The position numbers were made by a program, and so were the translations under genes. A stretch of 64,000 nt of DNA from Octopus sinensis. Taxonomy: Eukaryota. Positions within the stretch are counted from its first letter, which is position 1, and the number at the start of each line of letters is the position of its first letter. Of the stretch, positions 12,613-24,135 are shown one piece after another. The stretch is taken from positions 25,234,001 through 25,298,000 of the forward strand of contig NC_043009.1 in assembly GCF_006345805.1 (NCBI RefSeq). Reading direction: 5' to 3'. Below the pieces are notes generated by a model. The model made no database searches. It had not been told where the DNA came from and worked only from the letters and a program-made list of their open reading frames with translations.

Positions 12613-13904
12613 TTCCTGTTAATGATGGAAAGACCATACCAATAGATCCATGTGCGTCTATCGAAATGCTCTTTCTAAACTATTCAAAACACTGCGCAGA
12701 CTCCGAACAAACCCGACAAAATAGGGGATTGTGGTATATCGTCTAACGGTCAGAAATTTATCGAGAGAATATATATATATAACGGGAAGCTTTATGAAAA
12801 TAAACAAAAGACGAAGGCAGGTGGAAAACAAACGAACAATTGTATTAGTATGGCGCTCAGGAAATATAAATAAAACAAGTCTTTAACGTTTCGAGCCTAC
12901 GCTCTTCAACAGAAAGATACACAGATATATGTGTGTGTGTGCGCGTGTGTGTCTGTATTCCAAGTGAGGATGATAGCATCTGCTTCAAGAACAGGAAACT
13001 TTTAACATGAAGCCTTTTCACCATTTCTGAGAATTTGTAAATCAGTGAAAAATTCAAAATTTTTTCTCTTTTACAAATGAGAACAACACTGTATGTGTGA
13101 AGGGATGTCATTGCAATATATAAATGTGTGTGTGTGTTTGAAGGCACATGGCTCAACCATTAGGATGTTAGCCTTAAAATTATGAGGCTGTGAGTTTGAT
13201 TCCCAGGCTGGGCTGTATGTTGTTTTCTTGAGCAAGACACTTTATTTCATGCTTTAGAAGTGAGTTGCAACATCACTGGAGCCAAGTTGCATCAGCCTTT
13301 GCCTTTCTCTTGGACAACATCAGTGGCATGGAGAGGGGAGACTGGTATGCCTGGGCGACTGCTGGTCTTCCAAAAACCTTGCTCAGACTTGTGCCAAGGA
13401 GGGGAACTTGGCAGAGCCTTACAAAGAATAAGTTCCGAGGTCGATTTCTTTGACCAAAAGATCCTTTAAGGCAGTGCTCCAGTATGGCCGCAGTCAAATG
13501 ACTGAAACATGTAAAAGAATAGAGGAATATAATTTATAACTTGTGTGTGTGTGTGTTTGAAGGAGATGAAAAGGGTGGTGGATTGGCAGAGTTGTGAGAG
13601 CATCAGAAAAATGATTTTTAATATTTATTCCAGCTCTGAGTTCAAATCCCACCAGGATAACTTTACTTATTTGGGCTTGACGTTATAAAGTACCAGTCAG
13701 GTACAAGGGTCAACTAATCCCTTCCCCTTCAAAATTTCTGTCCTTTTGCCTTAATTAGAGACAGTTATTAGAGGTGGAGATTGGCTGAATTAGTAGTGTT
13801 GGAAGAAATGCCTTGTGGTGTTTATTTCAACACTAGTAGGAGACACTAGCTCAAAGTGATACACACTGGGAATGAACCTGAAACCATGTGATGATTGCAA
13901 CCAC

Positions 13905-14260
13905 ATGGTTCCCTACAACATGGTTCCAGGTTCAGTCCCACTGCATGGCACCTTGGTCAAGTGTCTTCTACTATAGCCTTGGGCTGACCAAAACTTTCTG
14001 AGTAGATTTTGGAGGCAGAAACTGAAAGAAGCCCATCGTATGTGTGTGTGTGTCTTTGTATCTGTGTTTGTCCCCCGCCACCACCACCTGCTGTTGGTTT
14101 GTTTACATCCCTATAACTTAGCAGCTCAGCAAAAGAGACCGATCGACCAAGTACCAAAACTTAAAAAATGAGGCCAATACATTCGACTAAAAATTCTGAA
14201 AGGCGTTGCCCCAGAATGGCCGCAGTCCAATGCCTGAAACAAATAAAAGATAAGTAAAGA
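13905..14260 (+). mobile_element. SINE family A
   Basis: GGTTCCAGGTTCAGTCCCACTGCATGGCACCTTGG...GAAACAAATAAAAG. Confidence 0.8.
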
Positions 14261-14899
14261 TAAAAGAAATATCTTATTCAGGGACAATATTCAACCTTTA
14301 AGAGTATTTTTTTGGAGGAAAAAAATTAATTCAAGGGTGCAATAGGGTCTACTGAAATATGCAGAAAACATCATGATTGAGGGGTGTTAATCTCCAACCC
14401 TGCAAAAAAAAACAATTGTTAGCATTATCAGAAAAAAATTTTTAAAAGGAGAAACTGAGAGAAAAAGGAATAAGGAAAACAAATAGGAAAAGAAAATTAA
14501 TTTTTTTAAAATGTTTGAAAACTAAATACAATAATATTAATGATAATGATAATAATAATAATAATAGGGAAATTGTGAAAGTAAATAATAAATTTATAAA
14601 ATGGTAAATAATATTGAAGTTACATAAAGTTTACAACAACAACTACAATATCAATAATATCACAAATTGATTTTTTTTTAGAGGAGCAAACAGGAAGGAG
14701 AGAGAGAGAGGGAGAGATAATGATGAAAGACGAAAATGAAAAAGGAAAATGATGATAATAATAATAGTAATAATGATAATAGCAATAATGATGATGACGA
14801 TGAGGGAACGAGAAATCAGAAAATGTCACTTTGGTACAATCTGGAAACTTTTTTGTATCAGCAGATTTTCACATGGTGCTTCGAGGAATTATGCTCTTG

Positions 14900-16293
14900 T
14901 CTGTGTGTGTGTGTGTGTGTGTGGTCATGTAGTGGTGATGGTGTATGTGTGTGTGTGATTGTAGTTATGGGCATGTAGCTGCATGGCTGTGTGTGGTTCT
15001 GTATTTGTGTGTGTGTTGTGTGGGAATGATTGTGTGTGTGTGCGTGTGTGCATAGTTATGTTGTGGTGATTGTATGTGTTGTGTATGTGTGCATGTGTAG
15101 TTGCATCACTGTGTGGGTGTGTGTGCATAGTTGCATGGTTCTGTGTGTGTGTGTAGTTGCATGGCTGTATGTAGGTTTATATTTGTGTGTGTGTGTGTGA
15201 GTGTGTGATCGTCTGAGGATGACTACATGTGTATGTGTGAGTGTAGTTATATGCTTGTGGCTGCATGGCTTTGTGTGTGTGTTTATATATCTACGTACGT
15301 GTGTACAATTATGAATGTGGTTGTGCTTGTAGTGGTGTTTATGGGGTTGTCTATATGTGTGTGCATGCGTCTTTGTCATTATATATGTATGTGTGTGACG
15401 TGGTTTGGTGTGTGTATTTTTTCTGTTTTGTTTTTAGGTTTATGTTTCAGTTTGAAAGAAAGAAAGAAAGAAAAAAGCAAACAAACTGTTAACTGATGAA
15501 ATAGATTAAATAGATGATAGTTACTGTTGTAGTACGGTGGTGCTGGTTTGAAGTTTGGGCAGGAGCTGTGGTTGGTGGTGTGCACGGGTATTTGAGGCTG
15601 AGGCTGTAGTAATGATGGTGGTGGTGGTGGTGGTTGTGTATGGAGGCATGTAACTTGGGCTTGGTGGTGGTGGTGGTTTGTGGTTTAGGTAGTGGTTGAT
15701 GTACAGTGATATGAAGCTTGGAGGATGGTTGCAATGTTATGTTGTGGTGTCATGTGGTTTGTGTAGTGGTGGTAGTATGAGGATTGGATTGGTAGTGATG
15801 GTGGCAGTTTGTGGTTTGACCAGTGGCGGTGGTGGTGTGGGTGGCAGTTTGTGGTTTGAGCTGTGGTGGTGGTGGTGGCAGCAGTGGTTGTGATTACAAT
15901 AGTGATTTGAGGCTTGGACAGTGATGGTTGAGATGGCAGTGGTGGTGGTAGCTGCTGCAGCAGTTTGAGGTTCGGGTGGTAACGCTGTTATTATTGTTGA
16001 TGTTGTTGCTGTTGTTGTTGTTGGTGGTGGTCATATGAAGTTTATGCAGTAGATAGAGGAGGTGGTGTTTGTCTGAGGCTTTGCAGTAGTGATGATGGTG
16101 GTGTTGGTGGCGGTGGTGGCGTCAGATGCCAGTGTGAAGTGGTGCGAGACTGTTGTGGCGTTGGTTCTGGCGGGGGCGGGGGTTGGGGGTTGCAGTATCC
16201 GTATGTGGTTAGGGTTGGACATTTTCAACTGTTGTTTTTAGATTTGCGTTTGTGGTTTTCTAATCATTGTTGTTGATGTTGTTGTTTTCTTTG

Positions 16294-16328
<35 letters not shown>

Positions 16329-17270
16329 CGTGCGCGTGTGATCTTTTTTATTGTCTTTTATGATTAAAAAAAAATATTGTTAATGACGTCCGTCTAACTT
16401 ACACACACACACATACACACACATACACACACACACTCATGCATAAATACATACACATACATAAACATACAGATACGCACACCTACATGGACACGCACAT
16501 ACATATACATACAACTACACACAGTCACATATACATATATGTACAAATACACACACATACTCACACACAGTCTCCCTTTCTCCCTCTCTCCCCCTCTTAA
16601 ACACACAGTAAAAATAAACAAACAGTCAAAAAAAAATAGTTTGATATAAAATTAAAATGTTGCTGCAGATGTTGTTGTAGTTGTTGTTGTTGATTTAGGG
16701 AAGAAAAAAATTTTAAAAATTAAAGGATTTTTCAAAAAAAAAATTTAATAACCTCCCCCCCCCCCCGTTACTAATTATTATGGGACATAATTCATATTCG
16801 CGTCACTTTAAACCATATGTGACTGACTTTGTGGCTTTTTTGCTGTTGTTGCTGCTACTACTACTACTACTACTACTGCTACTATTGCTGCTACTACTAC
16901 TACCTACCCGACTATTACTGTTACTGCTGCCACTGTGATTATTATTACTACCTCGTCAACTGTTACAGCTACTGTTACATCTACGACTGTTACAATTGCT
17001 ACTACTACCACTACCACTCCTACTACTATCAACACTATTACAACCACTGACACTACTATTGCAGTTAGTGTTACTACTACCACCAACATCACTATTATAG
17101 CTATTAGTACTACTACCACCACCACCACCACTTCTAGTGCTTCTACTACGACTACCACCACTACTACTACAAATACCACAATTATAGCTACTCCTGCTAC
17201 TAACAATGCTATTATAGCTAGCGCCACTACTACTACTACTACTAGCTCGACCACCAATCATTATTATTGC
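14900..17270. repeat. Long low-complexity tract of (GT)n, (GGT)n, (CA)n and (TAC/ACT)n
   Basis: Degenerate microsatellites; similar tracts at 560-1110, 8530-8800, 22270-22600, 31390-32190, 38940-39170 (GATA), 40060-40310, 41100-41700, 44150-44400 and 56840-57510. Confidence 0.9.
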
Positions 17271-17278
17271 TATCACAA

Positions 17279-17492
17279 AGGCAGCGAGCTGGCAGAACCG
17301 TTAGTATGCCGGGCAAAATGCTTAGCGGCTTTTCATCTGTCTGCACGTTCTCGGTTCAAATTCCGCCAAGGTCGACTTTGCCTTTCATCTTTTCGAGAGT
17401 CGATAAATTAAGTACCAGTTGCATACTGGGGTCAATGTAATCAACTAAGCACCCTTCCCACAAAATTCCTGGCCTTGTGCCAAAATTTGAAA
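17279..17492 (+). mobile_element. tRNA-derived SINE, family B (Meta/Nin-like central domain)
   Basis: GGCAGCGAGCTGGCAGAA head, GTTCAAATTCC B-box, and GTCGACTTTGCCTTTCATCC..GTCGATAAATTAAGTACCAG domain. Further copies at ~13570-13760(+), 38377-38545(+), 44420-44540(-) and 49060-49275(-). Confidence 0.8.
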
Positions 17493-18254
17493 CCATCTTT
17501 ACTGCTGTCACATCTACAATTATTATTTTTATTGCTACCACTACCACCGCTGCTGCTACTACTACTGCTACAACTACTGCCACTACTACAACTACTGCTA
17601 TTATGACCTCATCATTCAACATTGTCCAAGATTGCATAACATTGGACTGGCCATTGTATTTCAAAGCTGTAAAAATTCTCCAGTTTTGGATTTTGGTTGT
17701 TGGGTGGGGTGCTATGTGGTGGAGTTAATGGGGTACTGAATAACTATCCGAGAGAGCTTGTTTTATGCCAATGGAATCCCCCAACCACCGGGCCGTGAAT
17801 CATTTGGCTCGCGCAGAAAGAATGTATCTTTATATTTTCTATTCCATTGACCATACTGTCGTAGTCTGCAGGGTGTTTTGCATTCTATGTGTATTACTCA
17901 CACACATACTGACACACACAGGCAAATCAAAAACATTAAAAAAAAACTGGGGAAAAAAAACGAAAGACAATTGTGAATATATTAGATTGATGGTCAGTGA
18001 GAGTTTTAGATGGAAAAATAGGAGTGGAAATGACGTTTCGGGCTTGGCTCTTCGTCAGAAAGAGGAAAAGGTCACAGAGAAGGAAAGGAAGAATGGAGCA
18101 GATCGTCCAAGAATAACTTGTATGTCATTACTTAGTATGTATGTGTATGTGTGTGTGTATAAATTTATATAAATAAGGATAAGATTGATATTTAAATAGC
18201 GATCTTATCAGGTGGCCAGCATGGGAATAAAAACCTTCAAAGGTAATAATTATT

Positions 18255-18456
18255 TAAAATTATAATTTAGGGTACCTAAGAGATACCACCACGCTGGAAA
18301 TAGCAGTCAAAACTTAACTCTAAAACCACATTAAATGTTCTGTATGTTGTATGAATGTTCTAGTGTTGTATGAACATTTAATGTGGTTTTTGAGTCTAGT
18401 TTTGACTGCTATTTCCAGCGCGGTGGTGTCTCTTAGATACCTAAATTATAATTTTA
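18255..18456. repeat. Foldback hairpin or MITE-like repeat (~85-bp arms, ~30-nt loop)
   Basis: AAAATTATAATTTAGG..CTGGAAATAGCAGTCAAAAC..CCACATTAAATGTTC pairs with GAACATTTAATGTGG..GTTTTGACTGCTATTTCCAG..CCTAAATTATAATTTT. Confidence 0.85.
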
Positions 18457-18520
<64 letters not shown>

Positions 18521-18842
18521 GAGAGAGAGAGAGAGAGGAGGCAATTATGTGGATAAACAAATTAGATACATTAAATACACCACATATATATAGTTTGGGT
18601 ATGAAATACAAAATATGTATATATGTATACACACAAAAGGTGGAGACTTTCAGACGATGAATATTTGAGTATAAATACATAGATATTTATATTAATAGGC
18701 CTGCTCAACATGGTTCCTCTTACAACCATTCTTTACCTCGTGGAATCGATCCCCTGTAAAGACATCAGAGTCTAAGTTTGAATCTTTTGAGCATTACTAA
18801 GTGTCTTCTATACTGAGAATCTCTGAATCTCATTTTCGGACT

Positions 18843-18883
<41 letters not shown>

Positions 18884-20001
18884 GAGAGAGAGAGAGTTGA
18901 AGTTTACGAAAAAACAAAAGGCAAAGACAGGTGTATGGTCAACAAGCAGGTGTATTAGTTTGAAGCTCGGGAAAGTGAACAAGTCTTTTACGTTTCGAGC
19001 ATAGGAAAGGAAGAATAAAAGAAAATAAACAGAGAGAATAAAAAAAAATCTTGTGGATTTAGTAGTCAAGCATATATACATATACGTGTGTGTGTATATA
19101 TGTATATGGGGAAAATAAAGACAAAAGTAAGTTACGTGCGTTTCACTGTTATGGTTGTTTGGAATCTTGCAGTTGAAGTTTCACATTCATATATATGCTC
19201 AGCCACAACGAATCTTCAGGGTACACTTTATTTTCAATACATTTGCTGGTTATATTATTCCTTATAGTAGTTTATTAACGACTATACAGAAAGCAGATTA
19301 GATTATGACCTCTAAATATAATTTCTATGTAATAATTAAATATTTGCTAATTATATATTACACTATTATGTTATGTTAATGTTTTGATCCTGCTACTTGT
19401 CTGTTAATTCCAATACAGTGTTTATGTTTTTAACGCTTTTGACTCCGCCAGATAGAATTGTACTACCCGGGTGTCGAAACCATAGTGATATCTGCTAGGC
19501 AACTGATGATGGGAATATGTTTGTTGTCTGTGAATCTTTTATTTTTTGAGGTCCCGTTCTAAGTTGTTTTTAATTCTCGAAAGGTTAAACTTGTTGAAGG
19601 GTTCATTCATGGCTTACTGTTTGTAGTTTGTATTATAATCATGCAATACCAATATATGTAATGTGTGTGCTTGAAATATATGTGTGCTTTTTAGCACTAT
19701 ACGAGATGCTTTTCCTGGCTCAAGATGATTGTGAGCCAACCCGCCTAACTAGAGGGGTAGCGACATTCGAAAGTTACAGCAATGCGAGGAACCGCATTGT
19801 GACCAGCGGTGTATAATCAGGTAATCTAGTCGATACACACGCGCGCGTGCACACACATTATTGTATATAATAAAGGTAATAACCTTATAACGTGCTTTCA
19901 AAGGCTTCTCTACTGGTATCGGCTACCATATGCTATCATACAGCAGGAATACTCCTTTACTGGATGTACATGTGGAAATTCGTTTGTGTCCACAGAATTC
20001 A

Positions 20002-20546
20002 TGCAAAAAAAAATTATAATTCAAGAAGATGGAATGAACAAGCTTTAGCCCAAATCACCACAATTGTTTCAATGCATTGCTGTTAGCTAGTAATTTTTTA
20101 GTATTTCACATATTATACACATTCTTGTATTAATCTAACCCAACAATAGCTGTGAACATGCACATCTTCAGGTGAATGAATTCCAGAGCATTGCTTGATC
20201 ACCTGTTGTTACCCATTGTTTTATATAGCCATATTTTTTTTTTTTTTAATATTCCATTCACAAAGTTCATCATTTGTATTTTCGTGTTGCTCTTTGTCAG
20301 TGGAATGCTGAAAATAGAATATGGGTATAAAACAATGGATAACTATCGGTGATCCAGCAAATGCTCTCAAACCCACTCACTTCAAGGGGTGCAGGTACAT
20401 ACCTGTTGTTGGATTGTATTAATACAAGAGTGTATATATAATAGGAAAAAAATTCAACTATTAACGGCTGATGTTAATGCACAGAAACAATTGTAGTGAT
20501 TTGGTTTAAAGCTTGTTCATTCCATCTTCTTGTATCATATTTTTAC
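20002..20546. repeat. Diverged foldback inverted repeat (~260-bp arms, ~26-nt loop)
   Basis: CAAGAAGATGGAATGAACAAGCTTTA (20022) matches the reverse complement ending at 20532; patchy complementarity continues inward to CAAAG(20261-65)/CTTTG(20292-96). Confidence 0.85.
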
Positions 20547-21324
20547 ACACACACATGTGTATATAGGTTGGTAGGTATCTTGTTTGTAGGTACGGTCATT
20601 ACACCAACAATCATAAACACGTACTGATTAAATTTCACTCTTTTGTGTTAGTCAACACGCGAGTTTACATCAAGAACCTTCCAAACTTAATACAAAAAGC
20701 TATCTCTCTATACACGCGTGCTCGCTTACATATACTGACACTGATAGACTGACCGGAAGGTAAGAAAAAAAGGGAATATAATGCAACACATTTATATAAA
20801 GCGAAGGAAAAGGGAGGCGAGAGTATTGCCGTTGAATATAACTGATGGGAAACGAAAATAGTAAAAGTACCAGACCATCTCCTTGCCTCACTCTTTATCA
20901 AAATTGGGGAATAGTTTATAGTTAGAAACGGGGAAAGCGTGAAAATGGCGGACGGGAGAGAGACAGAAAGAGATGGGGGGTAGTCTGAAGAGAAAAGAAA
21001 CCGGAGACAGATGATGGAATAGCATTGGTAGAGAATAAGGGAAGGAGTGGAGCGTGGTTGGTGGGATGGGAGAGAGTGACGGAGGGATGACAAAAAAGAA
21101 ATTGATGAAAAATTACAAGAGCTGAGAAAGAAGATGGCAAGTTCGGTTGGGAGGCTAACAAAGACATGTTTCAAGTAACGTAAAGAATTTGTGTGTGTGT
21201 GCAGACGCATAATGCGCATGTGTACATGTGTGTTGCTTATGCGTGTAGATATATCTGTGTGTATATACGTATATATGTGTATGTAGCCATGTAGTTTGTG
21301 TATATATATTTATAGACTTATATG

Positions 21325-21373
<49 letters not shown>

Positions 21374-22288
21374 CCCATATATGCATACATATATGTATGG
21401 TGTATGTGTACATATATATGATGTGTGTCTACACAAACACATATATATAATCTCTAAAGAACTTTTCCAAATTCAACGCTACTTCTCTCTTGCCTTCAAC
21501 AGAACCTTCACTACAATTACACACACACACCACCAAGAACTAAAGCACCATAAAGACCACTTTACTATTAGAAGAGCTAAAAAAAAAACTGTTACCACCC
21601 CCTCTCCACGCAACCCTACTCCCACATCACCACGAAGACCACTCACTAGCAGTACTACCAACGCCACCACCACCACCTTTTCAAAACACTCAACACCATC
21701 TAAACCACCAGAAACAATCACCGCCACCACCAAACACATTCTTCCGTTAATCCATCATCACTATCAATGCCGCCATCATCATTATCATCATCGTTATTAC
21801 GACCAGCATCCAATACATCTTTTACGACAATGATTCAATGCGGCTTTTGGGAGAAAGACCATCTCGTGGAATAAACTCCACCCCCACCTCACCCCCACTC
21901 CCTCACTACCGCTTATTCTGTTATTTCTCTCTCTCGCAGACTTCCTCCTTTCGGCTACCGGCCACCGTCGCCTTACTGGCTGGCACCAACTGCTCACAAG
22001 TCGGGTTTTCTTCCTAAACCACTCAATCTTCTGGCAATTCTCGCTTGTTGTTGTTGTTGTTGTGGTGGTGGTGGTTCTTTTCTTTTATTATTTCTGTTGC
22101 TGCTGGTTAACTTTTCGACTGAAAACTCCCACCTTCCCTTGTATCTCTCTCTGTGCGCGCGAGTATGCACATACACACATACAATGCATACGTATAGATC
22201 CACACTTCAAACACACAAACACGCACACGTACAGATATAGCTATTTATCTCTCTCCCCTTCTCCGTGTGCGTGTGTGTGTGTATATGT

Positions 22289-22322
<34 letters not shown>

Positions 22323-22462
22323 ATATATATATATAATATATATAGATATATATATATATATATGTGTGTGTATGTATACACACATACACACACATATATA
22401 TTATGTATACACACACACACATTTATATATATATATATATACACACACACACATATATATAT

Positions 22463-22493
<31 letters not shown>

Positions 22494-22514
22494 CACACAC
22501 ACACATATATATAT

Positions 22515-22545
<31 letters not shown>

Positions 22546-23636
22546 CATATACACACGCACACACACACGTATATATATATTTTATATATATATATACACA
22601 CGTAATCCCCCCCACACACTAATTTCTCTGTATCTCACTTGTATGTCCATCTTTCTCATTCCCTGGCTACACTATATTATAAGTACATCATATAATATAC
22701 ACATTAATAATTCTCCTACAATGCACCTGATGTTGTTGTTTTTGGTGTTGCTGTTGTCAGTGCCGTCTCAAAATGCCTACCCTCCCTCACGCCGCCATTT
22801 TAACCCTTTTGTAGCTGCATCACAATCAACATGTCGGGCTTGACTCCTTCAATAAGGAAAGCTTATGTTATCTTCTAGGTGTTTTTTTTTTTTTTTTTTT
22901 GGTCCTTCTACATGTTTCAGTCATTGGACTGCAACCATTCTGGGACACCCCCAGCCTTGAAGGGTTTTAGTCGAACAAATCGAACCCAAAATTTATTGAT
23001 TTTTTTTTTCTTTTCAAATCTTGATACTTATTCTACCGGTCTCTTTTCATGATGAAATGCTAAGTTACGAGGACGTAAATAAACCAACACCTGTTGTCAA
23101 GCGGTGGGAGGAGGGGGACAAACACAAACGTAAGGACATACATATATAATACATACATACATATTATATATATATATATTATATATATATATATTTATTA
23201 TATAGAAGGAGCTTCTACAGGACTAGTACTGTTTCATTCAGAGAATCTTCAGGATCTTGGTTTCTTTACGTCCCCGTAACTTAGCAGTTCAGCAAAATAA
23301 ACTGATAGAATAAATACAAGGCTTACAAAGAATAAGTCCAGGGTTCGATTTGTTCGACTAAAAGGCGGTGCTCCAGCATGGCCACAGTCAAATGATTGAA
23401 ACAAATAAAAGAATATAGCAATAGGTCGGCATGAGCCAAGGATCCAAGTGTAGGAAGTTAGTAAGGTTCAAGCGCTTCCTGAAGATTTCTCTTGAATGAA
23501 ACAGTACTAGTCCTGTAGAAGCTCCTTCTATATAATAAATTAATTTTACTCTGCTATGTATTGAGTACCTTACTTACTGTGGTTAACCCCGGATCAACCC
23601 GGGACCTACATATATATATATATATATATATATATC

Positions 23637-24010
23637 GCAGGCATGGCTGTGTGGTAAGAAGCTTGCTTCCCACCTATATGGTTCCAAGTTCAGTCATGCT
23701 GCATGGCACCTTGGGCAAGTGTCTTCTATTATAGCCTCGGCCAACCATAGCCTTGTGAGTGGATTTGGTAGACGGAAAAGGCGGAAACTGAAAGAAGCCC
23801 GTCGTATATGTGTGTCTGTGTTTGTCCCTCCTCCATCGCTTGACAACCGATCTTGGTTTCTTTACGTCCCCGTAACTTAGCAGTTCAGCAAAATAAACTG
23901 ATAGAATAAATACAAGGCTTACAAAGAATAAGTCCAGGGTTCGATTTGTTCGACTAAAAGGCGGTGCTCCAGCATGGCCACAGTCAAATGATTGAAACAA
24001 ATAAAAGAAT
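23637..24010 (+). mobile_element. tRNA-derived CORE-like SINE, family A (representative full copy)
   Basis: A-box (TGGCTGTGTGG), B-box (GTTCAGTC), CORE-like GGCACCTTGGGCAAGTG, and tail ...GGCCACAGTCAAATGATTGAAACAAATAAAAGA. Other copies or fragments at ~7177-7322(-), 7760-7930(+), 13420-13520(+), 22900-23130(-), 24545-24690(-), 25640-26045(-), 44520-44660(+), 45355-45715(-), 56370-56575(+), 58145-58500(-) and 61050-61260(-). Confidence 0.85.
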
Positions 24011-24135
24011 ATAGCAATAGGTCGGCATGAGCCAAGGATCCAAGTGTAGGAAGTTAGTAAGGTTCAAGCATTTACGTAGCTAATTTCGGATGCCCAAAAG
24101 CGGACAATATACGGTAAAACCTGTTTAACTTCGTA

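Larger units (their letters stand above)
9754..12770 (-). mobile_element. Tandem array of ~403-bp hammerhead-containing units (candidate non-LTR retrozyme), ~7.5 units
   Basis: The unit TAAACAAAGATAAATGCG...GAGAGAATATG recurs at about 9754, 10353, 10758, 11160, 11561, 11965 and 12369, plus a ~197-bp internal duplication (9849-10045). Both ends lie in (TA)n. Each unit has a type I hammerhead on the minus strand. Confidence 0.88.

Noticed and set aside
12615-12675. Second, plus-strand hammerhead in the unit (TTAATGA...ATAGAT/GTCTAT hairpin...CGAAATGCTC)
   Set aside because: No CUGANGA box and no stem I pairing
12103-12746. 79-aa ORFs repeated in the 403-bp array (and the 137-aa ORF at 9645)
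   Set aside because: They are antisense to the ribozyme, show no recognisable domain, and are frameshifted in several copies, so they are likely incidental
9754-12770. CRISPR array, 5S/tRNA or snRNA gene cluster interpretation
   Set aside because: The units are identical throughout with no unique spacers, and no 5S, tRNA or U snRNA sequence is recognisable
16904-17728. Thr-rich mucin-like or Val/Ser-rich ORFs
   Set aside because: Trinucleotide microsatellite open in several frames on both strands, running into a SINE
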